This document shows positions 46,915 through 56,350 of a stretch of 64,000 nucleotides of DNA, piece after piece. A model generated the notes under the pieces. The model did no database searches. It was given only the letters and a program-made list of their open reading frames with translations, and had not been told where the DNA came from. Each line of letters starts with the position of its first letter. Within the stretch, counting starts at the first letter, position 1. The stretch is from an uncultured Actinomycetota bacterium (GTDB lineage: Bacteria > Actinomycetota > Actinomycetes > CAWDCV01), in NCBI GenBank assembly GCA_963801015.1, contig CAWDCV010000002.1, positions 1,060,118-1,124,117 on the forward strand, read 5' to 3'. Made by a program: the position numbers and the translations under genes.

Positions 46915-48507
46915 ATGTACGACGCTGACGCGGTCGTCGTCGGTGCCGGCCAGAACGGGTTGGTTGCCGCCAACCTGCTGGCCGATGCCGGGTGGAAGGT
47001 CACCGTCCTCGAGGAGCAGCCGCTTCCGGGCGGCGCTGTGCGCAGCGCCGACGATGTGACGGCGCCCGGCTATTCGACCGACCTCTTCAGTGCGTTCTAC
47101 CCACTCGGCGCCGCGTCGCCGGTGCTGCGCGAGCTGCACCTCGAGGCGTACGGCCTCACCTGGCGGCACGCGCCCCTCGTCCTCGCCCACGCCTTCGAGG
47201 ACGGGCGCGCCGCGCTGCTGAGCCGCGACCCGGAGGAGACCGCAGCCTCGCTCGAGACCTTTGCTGCATCCGATGGTGAGACGTGGATGCGGCTCGTCGA
47301 CCAATGGGCAGAGATCGGTCCGACCGTGGTCGAGGCGCTGCTGCGACCGTTCCCGCCGGTGCGGCCGGTAGCGTCGCTGGCGCGACGACTGGGGGTCGCC
47401 GACGGGATCCGGCTCGCGCGGCTCGGAATCACCCCGGTGCGCTCGTACGCCCAGGAGGAGTTCGCTGGCGAAGGCGCCCGGGTTTTGCTGGCCGGCAACG
47501 CGCTGCACAGCGACATGTCGCCGGAGAACGCGGGCAGTGGGTTTCTCGGTTGGCTGCTCACGTTGCTCGGCCAGGACGTCGGCTTCCCCGTGCCGGAAGG
47601 CGGCTCGAGCCGGATCATCGATGCGCTGGTGCAGCGGCTAGCCGCGCGCGGGGTCACCGTGCAGTGCTCGACGCCGGTGCGGGGAGTGATCGTTCGAGAC
47701 GGACGAGCCGTCGGCGTCCGCGTGGCCGACGGCTCCGAGGTGCGGGCCCGGCGGGCAGTGCTTGCCGATGTCACGGCGCCGGCGCTGTTCCGCGACCTGG
47801 TGGGCTACGACCTCCTGCCGAGCCGGTTCGTGTCCGACCTGCGTCGTTTCCAGTGGGACAGCGCAATTCTCAAGGTGAACTGGGCGCTGTCCGGGCCGAT
47901 CCCCTGGAAGGCGTCGGAGGTCTCTCGCGCGGGAACCGTCCATCTCGGCGCCGACTTCGACTCGCTCACTGACTTCGCGGCGGACCTGTCGATCGGGCGG
48001 ATCCCGCGTGATCCGTTCCTGCTGTTCGGCCAGATGACCACCTCCGACCCGACTCGCTCGCCGGCCGGGACGGAGTCGGCGTGGTCGTACACGCACCTGC
48101 CGCACCAACGCACCTTGACGTCGGACGAAGTCGCGGGGCACGCCGATCTCATGGAGACGGTCGTCGAGCGGGTGGCGCCGGGGTTTCGCGACCTGATCGT
48201 CGGCCGGTACGTCCAGGGCCCTGGAGACCTGCAGTCGGCCGACGCCAACCTGTCCGGTGGCGCCGTCAATGGGGGGACAGCAGCGCTGCACCAGCAGCTG
48301 GTGTTCCGTCCGGTGCCCGGCCTGTCGCGTCCGGAGACGCCGATCGACGGGTTGTTCCTTGCCAGCGCCTCGGCGCATCCGGGCGGGGCGGTGCACGGAG
48401 CCTGCGGGGCGAACGCCGCGCACGCGGCCCTGGCGCGAGCGAAGTGGTACGGCCGCGCCTACAACGCCGGTTGGCGTGCGGCCGGCCGGGCCGTCTGGGG
48501 CCGCTGA
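46915..48507 (+). CDS. NAD(P)/FAD-dependent oxidoreductase (phytoene desaturase/amine oxidase family)
   Basis: MYDADAVVVGAGQNGLVAANLLADAGWKVTVLEEQPLPGGAVRS Rossmann motif and a CrtI-like C-terminal region. Confidence 0.8.
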   Translation: MYDADAVVVGAGQNGLVAANLLADAGWKVTVLEEQPLPGGAVRSADDVTAPGYSTDLFSAFYPLGAASPVLRELHLEAYGLTWRHAPLVLAHAFEDGRAALLSRDPEETAASLETFAASDGETWMRLVDQWAEIGPTVVEALLRPFPPVRPVASLARRLGVADGIRLARLGITPVRSYAQEEFAGEGARVLLAGNALHSDMSPENAGSGFLGWLLTLLGQDVGFPVPEGGSSRIIDALVQRLAARGVTVQCSTPVRGVIVRDGRAVGVRVADGSEVRARRAVLADVTAPALFRDLVGYDLLPSRFVSDLRRFQWDSAILKVNWALSGPIPWKASEVSRAGTVHLGADFDSLTDFAADLSIGRIPRDPFLLFGQMTTSDPTRSPAGTESAWSYTHLPHQRTLTSDEVAGHADLMETVVERVAPGFRDLIVGRYVQGPGDLQSADANLSGGAVNGGTAALHQQLVFRPVPGLSRPETPIDGLFLASASAHPGGAVHGACGANAAHAALARAKWYGRAYNAGWRAAGRAVWGR

Positions 48508-48521
48508 CCGGCGACTCGGCG

Positions 48522-49139
48522 CTAGTCGTACATGTCGAGCGCGATCAGCCCCTGGACCTGGATGTGCTGACGCTGGTCGCGCATCTGCTGCGCCCCTTCC
48601 TCCGCAGTCACGCCGACCTCCTGGGGAAAGTTCGAGGGCGTCGCCACCACGCGACCGACGAACGACACGATGTCGCCAGGCTCGACCTTGTACGGCGACT
48701 CGACACCAACGTCGACCAGCTGCACCCAGACCCGGTTAGTCGTGTTGTCGCCGAGCCAGAAGCCCTCGTTGGCCGGCACCGACTCCACCCGGACCCGGTC
48801 GGCGACGGCCTCGCCACCGGCGAAGCGGGACAGATCGCCGCCCGGCCCGGCGTACTCGGCCAGCGGAAACACCGGCTCGCCGTCCACCGTCAGCCTCCCG
48901 GTCTCCCCTGGCACGATCACCGCAGGCGCCGACGTCGGGCTGACAATCGACGTCACCGTGGGCTCGGGGTCCGGCTGCACGACCACCTCGTCGCCACGGC
49001 GGGTCAGCGAGATCAGCCAGAGCAGGAGCAGCGCGAGCAACAGCAAGAGAAAGATGACAGCTGCGGCCGGGCGATCGTCATACTCGTCCTCCTCGGTCGT
49101 CGTGACAACGACGTCGGGATCGCGCCGGAAGAGGCTCAC
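48522..49139 (-). CDS. hypothetical membrane-anchored protein (single N-terminal TM helix, extracytoplasmic domain)
   Basis: 205-aa ORF with an acidic N-terminus, TM helix AAVIFLLLLLALLLLWLISL and a beta-rich C-terminal domain. Confidence 0.55.
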   Translation of the reverse strand: MSLFRRDPDVVVTTTEEDEYDDRPAAAVIFLLLLLALLLLWLISLTRRGDEVVVQPDPEPTVTSIVSPTSAPAVIVPGETGRLTVDGEPVFPLAEYAGPGGDLSRFAGGEAVADRVRVESVPANEGFWLGDNTTNRVWVQLVDVGVESPYKVEPGDIVSFVGRVVATPSNFPQEVGVTAEEGAQQMRDQRQHIQVQGLIALDMYD

Positions 49140-49145
49140 GAGGCG

Positions 49146-49616
49146 TCAGTCCGTCGGGTGCTCGGCGCGTCCGGCCCGGCCCGCCGCGAGCGCCGCCAGC
49201 CGGACGGTCATCTCGGACAGCCGCTGCCGCAGCAGCGCGTCGAACAGCGGGTTGTTGAGCCAGGCCCCGGGTCCGCTCGTCGGCGTCTCCTCGAGCCGGA
49301 GCAGGCAGCGCACGCCTCGCTGCTCTGCGCTGATCGCTATCCGGGCTTCGCCGAGCGGCCAGCCGCGGGCGCGGACGACCAGCCGCGATGGCTCGATCGA
49401 CTCGAGGACCTCGGTGTAGTCCTCGATGAGCATTGGCCACGCGCCCACCGAATGGTGTATACGCGTCCCCACCTGCGGCCAGGCGGGGTCGACGGAGCGG
49501 ATCTTCGAGGTGCCGACCACCCACGCGGAGTAGGTCCACCCGTCCGACAGCACGGCCCAGATCTCGGTTGCGCTCGCCTCGACTTCGCGTTCGACGCTCG
49601 CCATGGCACCTCCCAC
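49146..49616 (-). CDS. SRPBCC family protein (polyketide cyclase/dehydrase-like)
   Basis: MASVEREVEASATEIWAVLSDGWTYSAWVVGTS... is a typical SRPBCC signature. Confidence 0.7.
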   Translation of the reverse strand: MGGAMASVEREVEASATEIWAVLSDGWTYSAWVVGTSKIRSVDPAWPQVGTRIHHSVGAWPMLIEDYTEVLESIEPSRLVVRARGWPLGEARIAISAEQRGVRCLLRLEETPTSGPGAWLNNPLFDALLRQRLSEMTVRLAALAAGRAGRAEHPTD

Positions 49617-49883
49617 CGTCTCCCTCGCTCCTACCCCGCCGCGATGATCCCATGATCGCCCACGCCGGCTTTACGAGAAGTTCTCGGCGAAAGCGTTTCC
49701 CCGAAACGTTCGCGGGGCACGACTTCTTCTCGGCAGTTCTTCTCGGCACATCCACGGCGGTACCGCTTCGGACATAGGCGCTCCGCGACGCAATTGGCCT
49801 CACGAGGGCGCTTGACCACGGAGAACGCATTGGCGCAGCCGAATACATGCGGGGCGGCCGGGGCGCGGCCGCGGCCACAGCTC

Positions 49884-50393
49884 GTGCTGTTCGATCGCGA
49901 TGGCACGCTCGTTCACGACGTCCCCTACAACGGGGATCCGGAGCAGGTGCAGCCGGTACGCGGGGCAGCCGAGGCGCTGCGCCGCTTGCGGGAGCGCGGG
50001 ATCGCCACCGGTATCGTCAGCAACCAGTCCGGAATCGCCCGCGGGCTGCTGACCGTCGACGACGTCGAGGCCGTTACGGAGCGCGTCGAGCAGCTGCTGG
50101 GCCCGTTCGACACTCGCCAGTACTGCCCCCACGGCGCCGACGATGGGTGCGGGTGCCGCAAGCCCGCGCCCGGCATGATCATCGATGCCGCTGCAGATGT
50201 CGGCGTGCCGCCGAGTGAGTGCGCCGTCATCGGCGACATCGGCAGCGACGTTTCGGCGGCTCTTGCCGCCGGCGCCCGAGCCATCCTCGTCCCCACGCCC
50301 GTCACCCGCCGGGACGAGGTCGCGGCCGCGCCTGAGGTAGCCAGCGACCTGGGTGAGGCGGTCGACCTCCTACTGCTCAGCGCGTGCCGATGA
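49884..50393 (+). CDS. gmhB: D-glycero-beta-D-manno-heptose-1,7-bisphosphate 7-phosphatase (HAD-IIIA)
   Basis: LFDRDGTLV (HAD motif I), GIVSNQSG, the zinc-binding CxHxxxxxCxC cluster (CPHGADDGCGC) and IGD motifs; the start is ambiguous (GTG 49884; an out-of-frame ATG at 49854 sits within G-runs). Confidence 0.8.
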   Translation: MLFDRDGTLVHDVPYNGDPEQVQPVRGAAEALRRLRERGIATGIVSNQSGIARGLLTVDDVEAVTERVEQLLGPFDTRQYCPHGADDGCGCRKPAPGMIIDAAADVGVPPSECAVIGDIGSDVSAALAAGARAILVPTPVTRRDEVAAAPEVASDLGEAVDLLLLSACR

Positions 50394-51412
50394 GACGCGT
50401 CCTGGCCGTTCGTCTCGACAGCGACGGTGACGTCCTGCTCGCCGGCCCGGCGATCCGCGCCCTGGCGGCGGCCGGCAGCGTCACGCTGCTGTGCAGCCCG
50501 CGCGGCCGGCAAGCCGCCGAGCTCCTTCCCGGCGTCGACGGCGTCGTGGTGTGGCGCTGCCCGTGGATCGAGGCACAGCCGGACCCCGTCGACCGGGCTG
50601 CCATCGACGCGCTCGTCACTCGGCTCCGGGTAGCCGACCTGGACGAGGCGGTCGTCTTCACCTCGTTCCACCAGTCGGCGCTGCCTACAGCCCTCCTGCT
50701 CCGGCTCGCTGGGGTACGGCGAATCAGCGCGATCAGCGAGGACTATCCCGGAGCGCTGCTCGACGTCCGTCACCGCATCGACGACAGCACCCCGGCATCG
50801 GACGTTCCAGAGTCCGAGCGCGCGCTCTCCCTCGCCGCGGCGGCCGGCTTCCCGCTGCCCACGCAGGATGACCGGCGGTTGGCCGTACGACGACCGTTAC
50901 CGGCGACGACGTCGCTGACGGGCGCTGAGCCGTACGTCGTCCTTCACCCGGGCGCATCCGTCCCGGCGCGCGCCTGGCCCGCGCATCGTGCCGCCGAGAC
51001 AGTCGTCGCTCTCGCCGAGCGCGGCGTGCGCGTCGTCGTCACCGGAAGCCGGGACGAGAAGGAACTGACCGCCGGCGTGGCGGGCGTCGACGCCGTCGAC
51101 CTCGGCGGCCGGACGACGTTCGCTGAGTTGGCGGGCGTGCTCGCCGGCGCCGAGGCCGTGATCGTTTCGAACACCGGCCCGGCCCACCTGGCCGCCGCGG
51201 TCGGCACTCCGGTCGTGTCCCTGTTCGCGCCGACCGTCCCCGCGGCGCGCTGGGCACCGTACGGCGTTCCCGCTGTCGTGCTTGGCGACCATGCCGCGCC
51301 CTGCCGCGGCAGCCGCGCGACGACGTGCCCGGTGCCCGGTCACCCGTGCCTGTCGTCCGTCACGGCGGCCGACGTCCTGGCCGCTCTCGATCGATTGCGT
51401 GCGGGCCCATGA
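50390..51412 (+). CDS. glycosyltransferase family 9 (ADP-heptose-dependent heptosyltransferase, WaaC/WaaF-like)
   Basis: MRRVLAVRLDSDGDVLLAGPAIRAL... and a C-terminal GT-B half with VSNTGPAHLAAAVGTPVVSLFAPT; overlaps the gmhB stop. Confidence 0.8.
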   Translation: MRRVLAVRLDSDGDVLLAGPAIRALAAAGSVTLLCSPRGRQAAELLPGVDGVVVWRCPWIEAQPDPVDRAAIDALVTRLRVADLDEAVVFTSFHQSALPTALLLRLAGVRRISAISEDYPGALLDVRHRIDDSTPASDVPESERALSLAAAAGFPLPTQDDRRLAVRRPLPATTSLTGAEPYVVLHPGASVPARAWPAHRAAETVVALAERGVRVVVTGSRDEKELTAGVAGVDAVDLGGRTTFAELAGVLAGAEAVIVSNTGPAHLAAAVGTPVVSLFAPTVPAARWAPYGVPAVVLGDHAAPCRGSRATTCPVPGHPCLSSVTAADVLAALDRLRAGP

Positions 51413-52371
51413 GGGTCCTGCTCTGGCACGTGCACGGCTCGTGGACGACATCGTTCGTCCAAGGCCCGCACACCTACCTCGTCCCGGTGACCGCCGACCG
51501 CGGGCCGGACGGGCTCGGCCGGGCCCGGACGTACGACTGGCCGGCCTCCGTGGTCGAGGTCACGGCCGCCCAGTTGCGACAGGAGGACGTCGACGTCGTC
51601 GTCCTGCAACGTCCGCACGAGGCCGGACTCGCTGAGGGTTGGCTCGGCCGGCGGCCCGGACGCGACGTGCCGGCGGTCTACGTCGAGCACAACACGCCCA
51701 AGGGCGAGATCCTCGCGGCGCGGCATCCGGTCGCCGACCGCGATGACCTCACTCTCGTCCACGTCACCCACTTCAACCGGCTGTTCTGGGACAACGGGCG
51801 CGCACCGACCACCGTCATCGAACACGGCGTCGTCGACCCGGGCGCTCGCTACACCGGCGAGCTTCCCCGGGCTGCAGTCGCCATCAACGAGCCGATCCGC
51901 CGCTGGCGCGTCACCGGTACTGACCTGTTGCCCGCGTTCGCCGCCGCCGCGCCGGTCGACGTTTTCGGGATGCGAACTGCAGACCTCGCGGAGACACTTC
52001 AGCTCGGGCCGGACCGGCTCGCGACCTACGACCTGCCGCAGGAGGAACTGCACGACCAGATGGCGCAGCGCCGGGTCTACATCCACCCCATCCGGTGGAC
52101 CTCGCTCGGCCTGTCGCTGCTCGAGGCGATGCACCTCGCCATGCCCGTCGTGGTGCTTGCCAGCACGGAAGCGGTCGAGGCGGTCCCGCCTGACGCCGGC
52201 GTGATCTCGACGCGCCTTGATGTGCTTACCGCGGCCGTCCGCGCCTACGTCGCTGACCCAGACCACGCCAGGGAGATGGGGCAGCAGGCGCGGCGCGCGG
52301 TCCTCGCCCGGTACTCCCTTCAGCGATTCCTGGACGACTGGGAACTGCTGCTCAAGGAGGTGACTCGATGA
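51409..52371 (+). CDS. glycosyltransferase (GT-B fold, GT4/GT1-like)
   Basis: MRVLLWHVHGSWTTSF...LGLSLLEAMHLAMPVVVLAST; ATGA overlap with the GT9 stop. Confidence 0.7.
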   Translation: MRVLLWHVHGSWTTSFVQGPHTYLVPVTADRGPDGLGRARTYDWPASVVEVTAAQLRQEDVDVVVLQRPHEAGLAEGWLGRRPGRDVPAVYVEHNTPKGEILAARHPVADRDDLTLVHVTHFNRLFWDNGRAPTTVIEHGVVDPGARYTGELPRAAVAINEPIRRWRVTGTDLLPAFAAAAPVDVFGMRTADLAETLQLGPDRLATYDLPQEELHDQMAQRRVYIHPIRWTSLGLSLLEAMHLAMPVVVLASTEAVEAVPPDAGVISTRLDVLTAAVRAYVADPDHAREMGQQARRAVLARYSLQRFLDDWELLLKEVTR

Positions 52372-53606
52372 AGATCGCGATGGTCTCCGAACATGCCAGC
52401 CCGCTGGCGACCCTGGGGGGCGTCGACGCGGGCGGGCAGAACGTGCACGTGAGCGAGCTGGCGCAAGCACTCGCCCGCAGGGGCCATGCGGTGACGGTCT
52501 ATACCCGTGACGAGGGAACGTTCCCCGATCGGCGCATCCTCATGGCGCCGGGTGTCACGATCGAGCACGTGCCCGCCGGGCCGCGCGCCGTCCTCTCCAA
52601 GGACGAATTGCTGCCTCATATCGGCGATTTCGGCCGCTACCTCGCCGCCGCCTTCGACCGCGAGCGCCCCGACATCGTGCACGGCCACTTCTGGATGTCG
52701 GGGCTCGCCTGCTTGATGGCGACCAAGGACACGTCGGTGCCGGTCGTGCAGACCTTTCACGCGCTCGGCGTCGTCAAGCGTCGCCACCAGGGCGTTCGCG
52801 ACACCAGTCCGGAACATCGGCTGCGCCTCGAGCAGGGCGTCGCCCGTGGGGTCGATCGAGTCATTGCGACCGCCTCCGACGAGGTGTTCGAGCTGATGCG
52901 GATGGGGGTAAGGCGGCCGGAAATCAGCGTGGTGCCCTGCGGGGTCGACGTCGACCACTTCCAGCCTGACGGCCCGACCCTGCCGCGAGGCGAGCTGCAC
53001 CGCCTCGTGATCGTGGGTCGCCTCGTCCAGCGCAAGGGCGTCGACGACGTGATCCGCGCCCTCGCGCTCGTACCGCGGACTGAGCTGCTGATCGCAGGCG
53101 GTCCCGACGTGGCCGAGCTAGGCGATGACTCCGAGGTACGGCGGCTCATCCTGCTCGCGGCGAAGATGCGCGTGCTTGATCGGGTGAGGTTGCTCGGCCG
53201 CGTCTCGCGGTCCGAGCTCCCGGCGCTGCTGAGGTCCGCCGACATCGTCGTCTGCATGCCCTGGTACGAGCCGTTCGGCATGGTGCCGCTGGAAGCCATG
53301 GCGTGCGGGCGTCCCGTCGTGGCGTCGGCCGTCGGCGGCATCGTCGACACCGTCGTCGACGGCGCGACCGGAACGCTGGTCCGGCCGCAACGCCCGGACA
53401 TGCTCGCCCACGCGCTGCGGCGGCTGCTCGCCGATCCGGTGCGGCGCGCGGGGTACGGCCTCGCCGGGCGAGAACGCGCGGCCATGCGCTACCGCTGGGA
53501 CCGCATCGGCGCCGAGACCGAGTCGGTGTACGCGTCCGTACTGGGACTCGATGCTGACATGGCATCCGCACCGGACGCTGACGAGATGATCGAGGTGGCC
53601 CGATGA
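52368..53606 (+). CDS. glycosyltransferase family 4 (MshA/PimA-like retaining GT)
   Basis: MKIAMVSEHASPLATLGGVDAGGQNVHVSELAQALARRGHAVTVYT..., EPFGMVPLEAMACGRPVVAS; ATGA overlap. Confidence 0.8.
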   Translation: MKIAMVSEHASPLATLGGVDAGGQNVHVSELAQALARRGHAVTVYTRDEGTFPDRRILMAPGVTIEHVPAGPRAVLSKDELLPHIGDFGRYLAAAFDRERPDIVHGHFWMSGLACLMATKDTSVPVVQTFHALGVVKRRHQGVRDTSPEHRLRLEQGVARGVDRVIATASDEVFELMRMGVRRPEISVVPCGVDVDHFQPDGPTLPRGELHRLVIVGRLVQRKGVDDVIRALALVPRTELLIAGGPDVAELGDDSEVRRLILLAAKMRVLDRVRLLGRVSRSELPALLRSADIVVCMPWYEPFGMVPLEAMACGRPVVASAVGGIVDTVVDGATGTLVRPQRPDMLAHALRRLLADPVRRAGYGLAGRERAAMRYRWDRIGAETESVYASVLGLDADMASAPDADEMIEVAR

Positions 53607-54241
53607 CCGCGGTCGGAGGGATGGCCCGAACCCCGTTGCCGCTCGGCGCCGCCCACGTGACGGCGCTCTCGGATGCGCTGCTCCGGTTCGGCGATTGCGT
53701 GGACACCGCGCAGCGCTGGGGTGAGCAGCTCGCCCAGATGCTGGCGGGTGGCGCCCGGTTGCTGGCCGTCGGCAATGGTGGCAGTGCCGCTCAGGCCCAG
53801 CACCTGACCGCGGAGCTCGTCGGTCGCTATCGCGACGACCGGCCGCCGTTCTCGGCCATCGCGCTCCACGCGGAGACGTCGAGCTTCACCGCCATCGCCA
53901 ACGACTACGGCATGCAGGAGGTGTTCGCCCGGCAGGTGCTCGCGCACGGTCGCCGCGGCGATGTCCTGGTCGCGCTCTCAACGAGTGGCACCTCGCCCAA
54001 CGTGGTCGCCGCCGTTCGCGCCGCGCGCGACCTCGACATCACGACCTGGGCGATGACGGGACCCGTGCCGAACCCACTGGCCGGGCTCGCCGACGACGCG
54101 CTCAGCGTGGATGCCGCGGCGACCGCGACGGTGCAGGAGCTGCACCTGGTCGCCGTCCATCTCGTCTGCGCGGCGTTCGACTGGGCACTGGCGTGCTCCG
54201 ATGGCGACTACCAGACCAACGGGAAGGGGGTCGTCGCGTGA
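53603..54241 (+). CDS. gmhA: D-sedoheptulose-7-phosphate isomerase (SIS domain)
   Basis: SIS motifs (LLAVGNGGSAAQAQHLTAEL, DVLVALSTSGTSPNVV); ATGA overlap upstream and GTGA overlap downstream. Confidence 0.85.
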   Translation: MTAVGGMARTPLPLGAAHVTALSDALLRFGDCVDTAQRWGEQLAQMLAGGARLLAVGNGGSAAQAQHLTAELVGRYRDDRPPFSAIALHAETSSFTAIANDYGMQEVFARQVLAHGRRGDVLVALSTSGTSPNVVAAVRAARDLDITTWAMTGPVPNPLAGLADDALSVDAAATATVQELHLVAVHLVCAAFDWALACSDGDYQTNGKGVVA

Positions 54242-55602
54242 GGGATGCACCTCTGGTCGTCGTCGGCGACCTGCTACTCGACCGCGACCTCGATGGAACG
54301 GCGCGCCGGCTGAGCCCGGACGCGCCTGTTCCCGTGGTGGACCGGCCGACCGAACAGGTCCGAGCCGGCGGAGCCGGGCTTGCCGCCACGCTCGCGGCGA
54401 ATGACGGGCGCGACGTAATCCTCGTCGCGGCGGTGGCCGACGATGCGGCCGGCGCGACGGCACGGTCCCTGCTCGCCGAGCGCGGCGTACGCCTGATCGC
54501 CGTACCCCGGACCGGTGGAACGCCGGAGAAGGTGCGTATCCGCGCCGACGGTCACCCGCTCGCTCGCGTCGACCATGGCGGGGATGGCGTGCCGACGGAG
54601 CTGCCCGATGCGGGGAAAGATGCCCTGCTCTCGGCGGCGGCCGTGCTGGTGTCCGACTATGGCTACGGAACGGCCGCCCTTCCGGCGCTGCGCGAGCTGC
54701 TGGGTCGACCGTCACGGACGCCGGTGATCTGGGACCCGCATCCGCGAGGGCCCGGACCCGTATCGGGGGTCCGGCTGGCGACGCCCAGCGATGCCGAGGC
54801 GAGGCACTTCAGTGGTGAAACGGACGGCCACGACCTCGCCTCGGTCACCGCTCGGGCGGCACGCCTGGTCGCGGATTGGCAGGCAGCCGCGGTCGCGATC
54901 ACTCTCGGACGGCGCGGCGCGCTGCTGTCGACCGGTGATGGCACGCCGCTGGTGATTCCCGCACCGGCGGTGACGTGCGTCGACCCCTGCGGCGCGGGCG
55001 ACCGGTTCGCCGCGAGCGCGGCCGGCCTGCTGGCCGATGGCGCGCTGCCGTCGGAGGCGGTGCACGGCGCGGTCTTCGCAGCCGCGGCATTCGTCGCAGC
55101 AGGCGGCGCGTCGGCAGCTCTCCGCGACGTGCCGGATCCCGCGTCAGCGGTCGGCGAGGACGTCGTTGCTGCCGTACGGCGACGCGGCGGTGTCGTCGTG
55201 GCGACCGGCGGATGCTTCGACCTGCTCCACGCGGGGCACGTGGCAAGTCTGGAAGCCGCCCGGTCACTCGGCGACTGCCTCGTCGTCTGCCTCAACTCCG
55301 ACGCGTCTATCCGCCGGCTCAAGGGACCGTCGAGACCGGTGGTGACGCAGGAGGACCGGCAGCGCGTCCTGGCGGCGCTGTCGTGCGTCGATGCGGTCGT
55401 CATCTTCGACGAGGACACGCCGGAGCGGCTGCTCGGCGAACTCCGTCCGGACATCTGGGCGAAGGGTGGCGACTACGCCGAGCGCGCGCTTCCCGAATCT
55501 CGCCTGGTCGCCGGCTGGGGGGGCCAGGCCGTCGTCCTGCCGTACCTCGACGGTCGATCGACCACCCGACTCCTCGAGCTCTCTATGAAGGGACCCCAAT
55601 GA
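54238..55602 (+). CDS. hldE: bifunctional heptose-7-phosphate kinase / heptose-1-phosphate adenylyltransferase (copy 2, in the cluster)
   Basis: pfkB kinase half (VVGDLLLDRD...GAGDRFAASA) plus adenylyltransferase half (ATGGCFDLLHAGHVASLEAA, VVLPY); paralog of 34797..36272. Confidence 0.85.
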   Translation: MRDAPLVVVGDLLLDRDLDGTARRLSPDAPVPVVDRPTEQVRAGGAGLAATLAANDGRDVILVAAVADDAAGATARSLLAERGVRLIAVPRTGGTPEKVRIRADGHPLARVDHGGDGVPTELPDAGKDALLSAAAVLVSDYGYGTAALPALRELLGRPSRTPVIWDPHPRGPGPVSGVRLATPSDAEARHFSGETDGHDLASVTARAARLVADWQAAAVAITLGRRGALLSTGDGTPLVIPAPAVTCVDPCGAGDRFAASAAGLLADGALPSEAVHGAVFAAAAFVAAGGASAALRDVPDPASAVGEDVVAAVRRRGGVVVATGGCFDLLHAGHVASLEAARSLGDCLVVCLNSDASIRRLKGPSRPVVTQEDRQRVLAALSCVDAVVIFDEDTPERLLGELRPDIWAKGGDYAERALPESRLVAGWGGQAVVLPYLDGRSTTRLLELSMKGPQ

Positions 55603-55666
55603 CTCTGCATCCCGCCTACCTCCATCGACTGCGCTCCAGCTGTGTGCTCGCGACGGAGGTCGGCTC

Positions 55667-56350
55667 ATGACAACCGGCACCGTCCTCGTGACCGGTGGCT
55701 CCTCCGGCCTCGGCGCTGCCACCGTGGCTGCCATCGCGGCGGCCGGCGGCCGGCCCGTCGTCTTGGATCGCCAGCCACCGCCCTCCGATACCGACTTCGA
55801 GCTCGTCGACCTCGCTGACGCCCGGGCCGCCGAGGTGTCGACTCGCGCGCTCGCCGATCGCGTGGGCGGCCTGGACGGCGTCTTCACTGCGGCCGGCGTC
55901 GATCGCTGCGGCATGCTCGCCGACGTCCCCGGCGACGAGTGGGACTGGGTGATCAAGGTCAACCTGCTCGGAACCGCCGCCGTGGTCCGGGCCGCCCTGC
56001 CGTACCTGCTGCGTTCCCACGGCCGGGTCGTGACCTGCGCCTCGACCCTCGGCCTGCGCGCCGTGAGCGACGCGACGGCGTACTGCGCGTCGAAGTTCGG
56101 CGTCGTCGGGTTCACCCGCGCGCTCGCCACGGAGACGCAGGGCACCATCGGAGTCACGATGCTCGTGCCAGGCGGCATGCACACGTCGTTCTTCGACGAC
56201 CGCGAGGAGAAGTACCGCCCACCGGCTGACGCGAAGCTGAACCGGCCCGAGGACGTCGCGCAGGCCGTGGTGTTCGCGCTGTCGCAGCCGTCCGGCTGCG
56301 AGGTGCGCGAGCTGGTCGTCACGCCGTCGCGCGAGTCGTCCTGGCCGTGA
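55667..56350 (+). CDS. SDR family oxidoreductase (classical short-chain, 227 aa)
   Basis: VLVTGGSSGLGAA Rossmann motif, YCASKFG catalytic motif; embedded in the heptose/GT cluster. Confidence 0.75.
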   Translation: MTTGTVLVTGGSSGLGAATVAAIAAAGGRPVVLDRQPPPSDTDFELVDLADARAAEVSTRALADRVGGLDGVFTAAGVDRCGMLADVPGDEWDWVIKVNLLGTAAVVRAALPYLLRSHGRVVTCASTLGLRAVSDATAYCASKFGVVGFTRALATETQGTIGVTMLVPGGMHTSFFDDREEKYRPPADAKLNRPEDVAQAVVFALSQPSGCEVRELVVTPSRESSWP

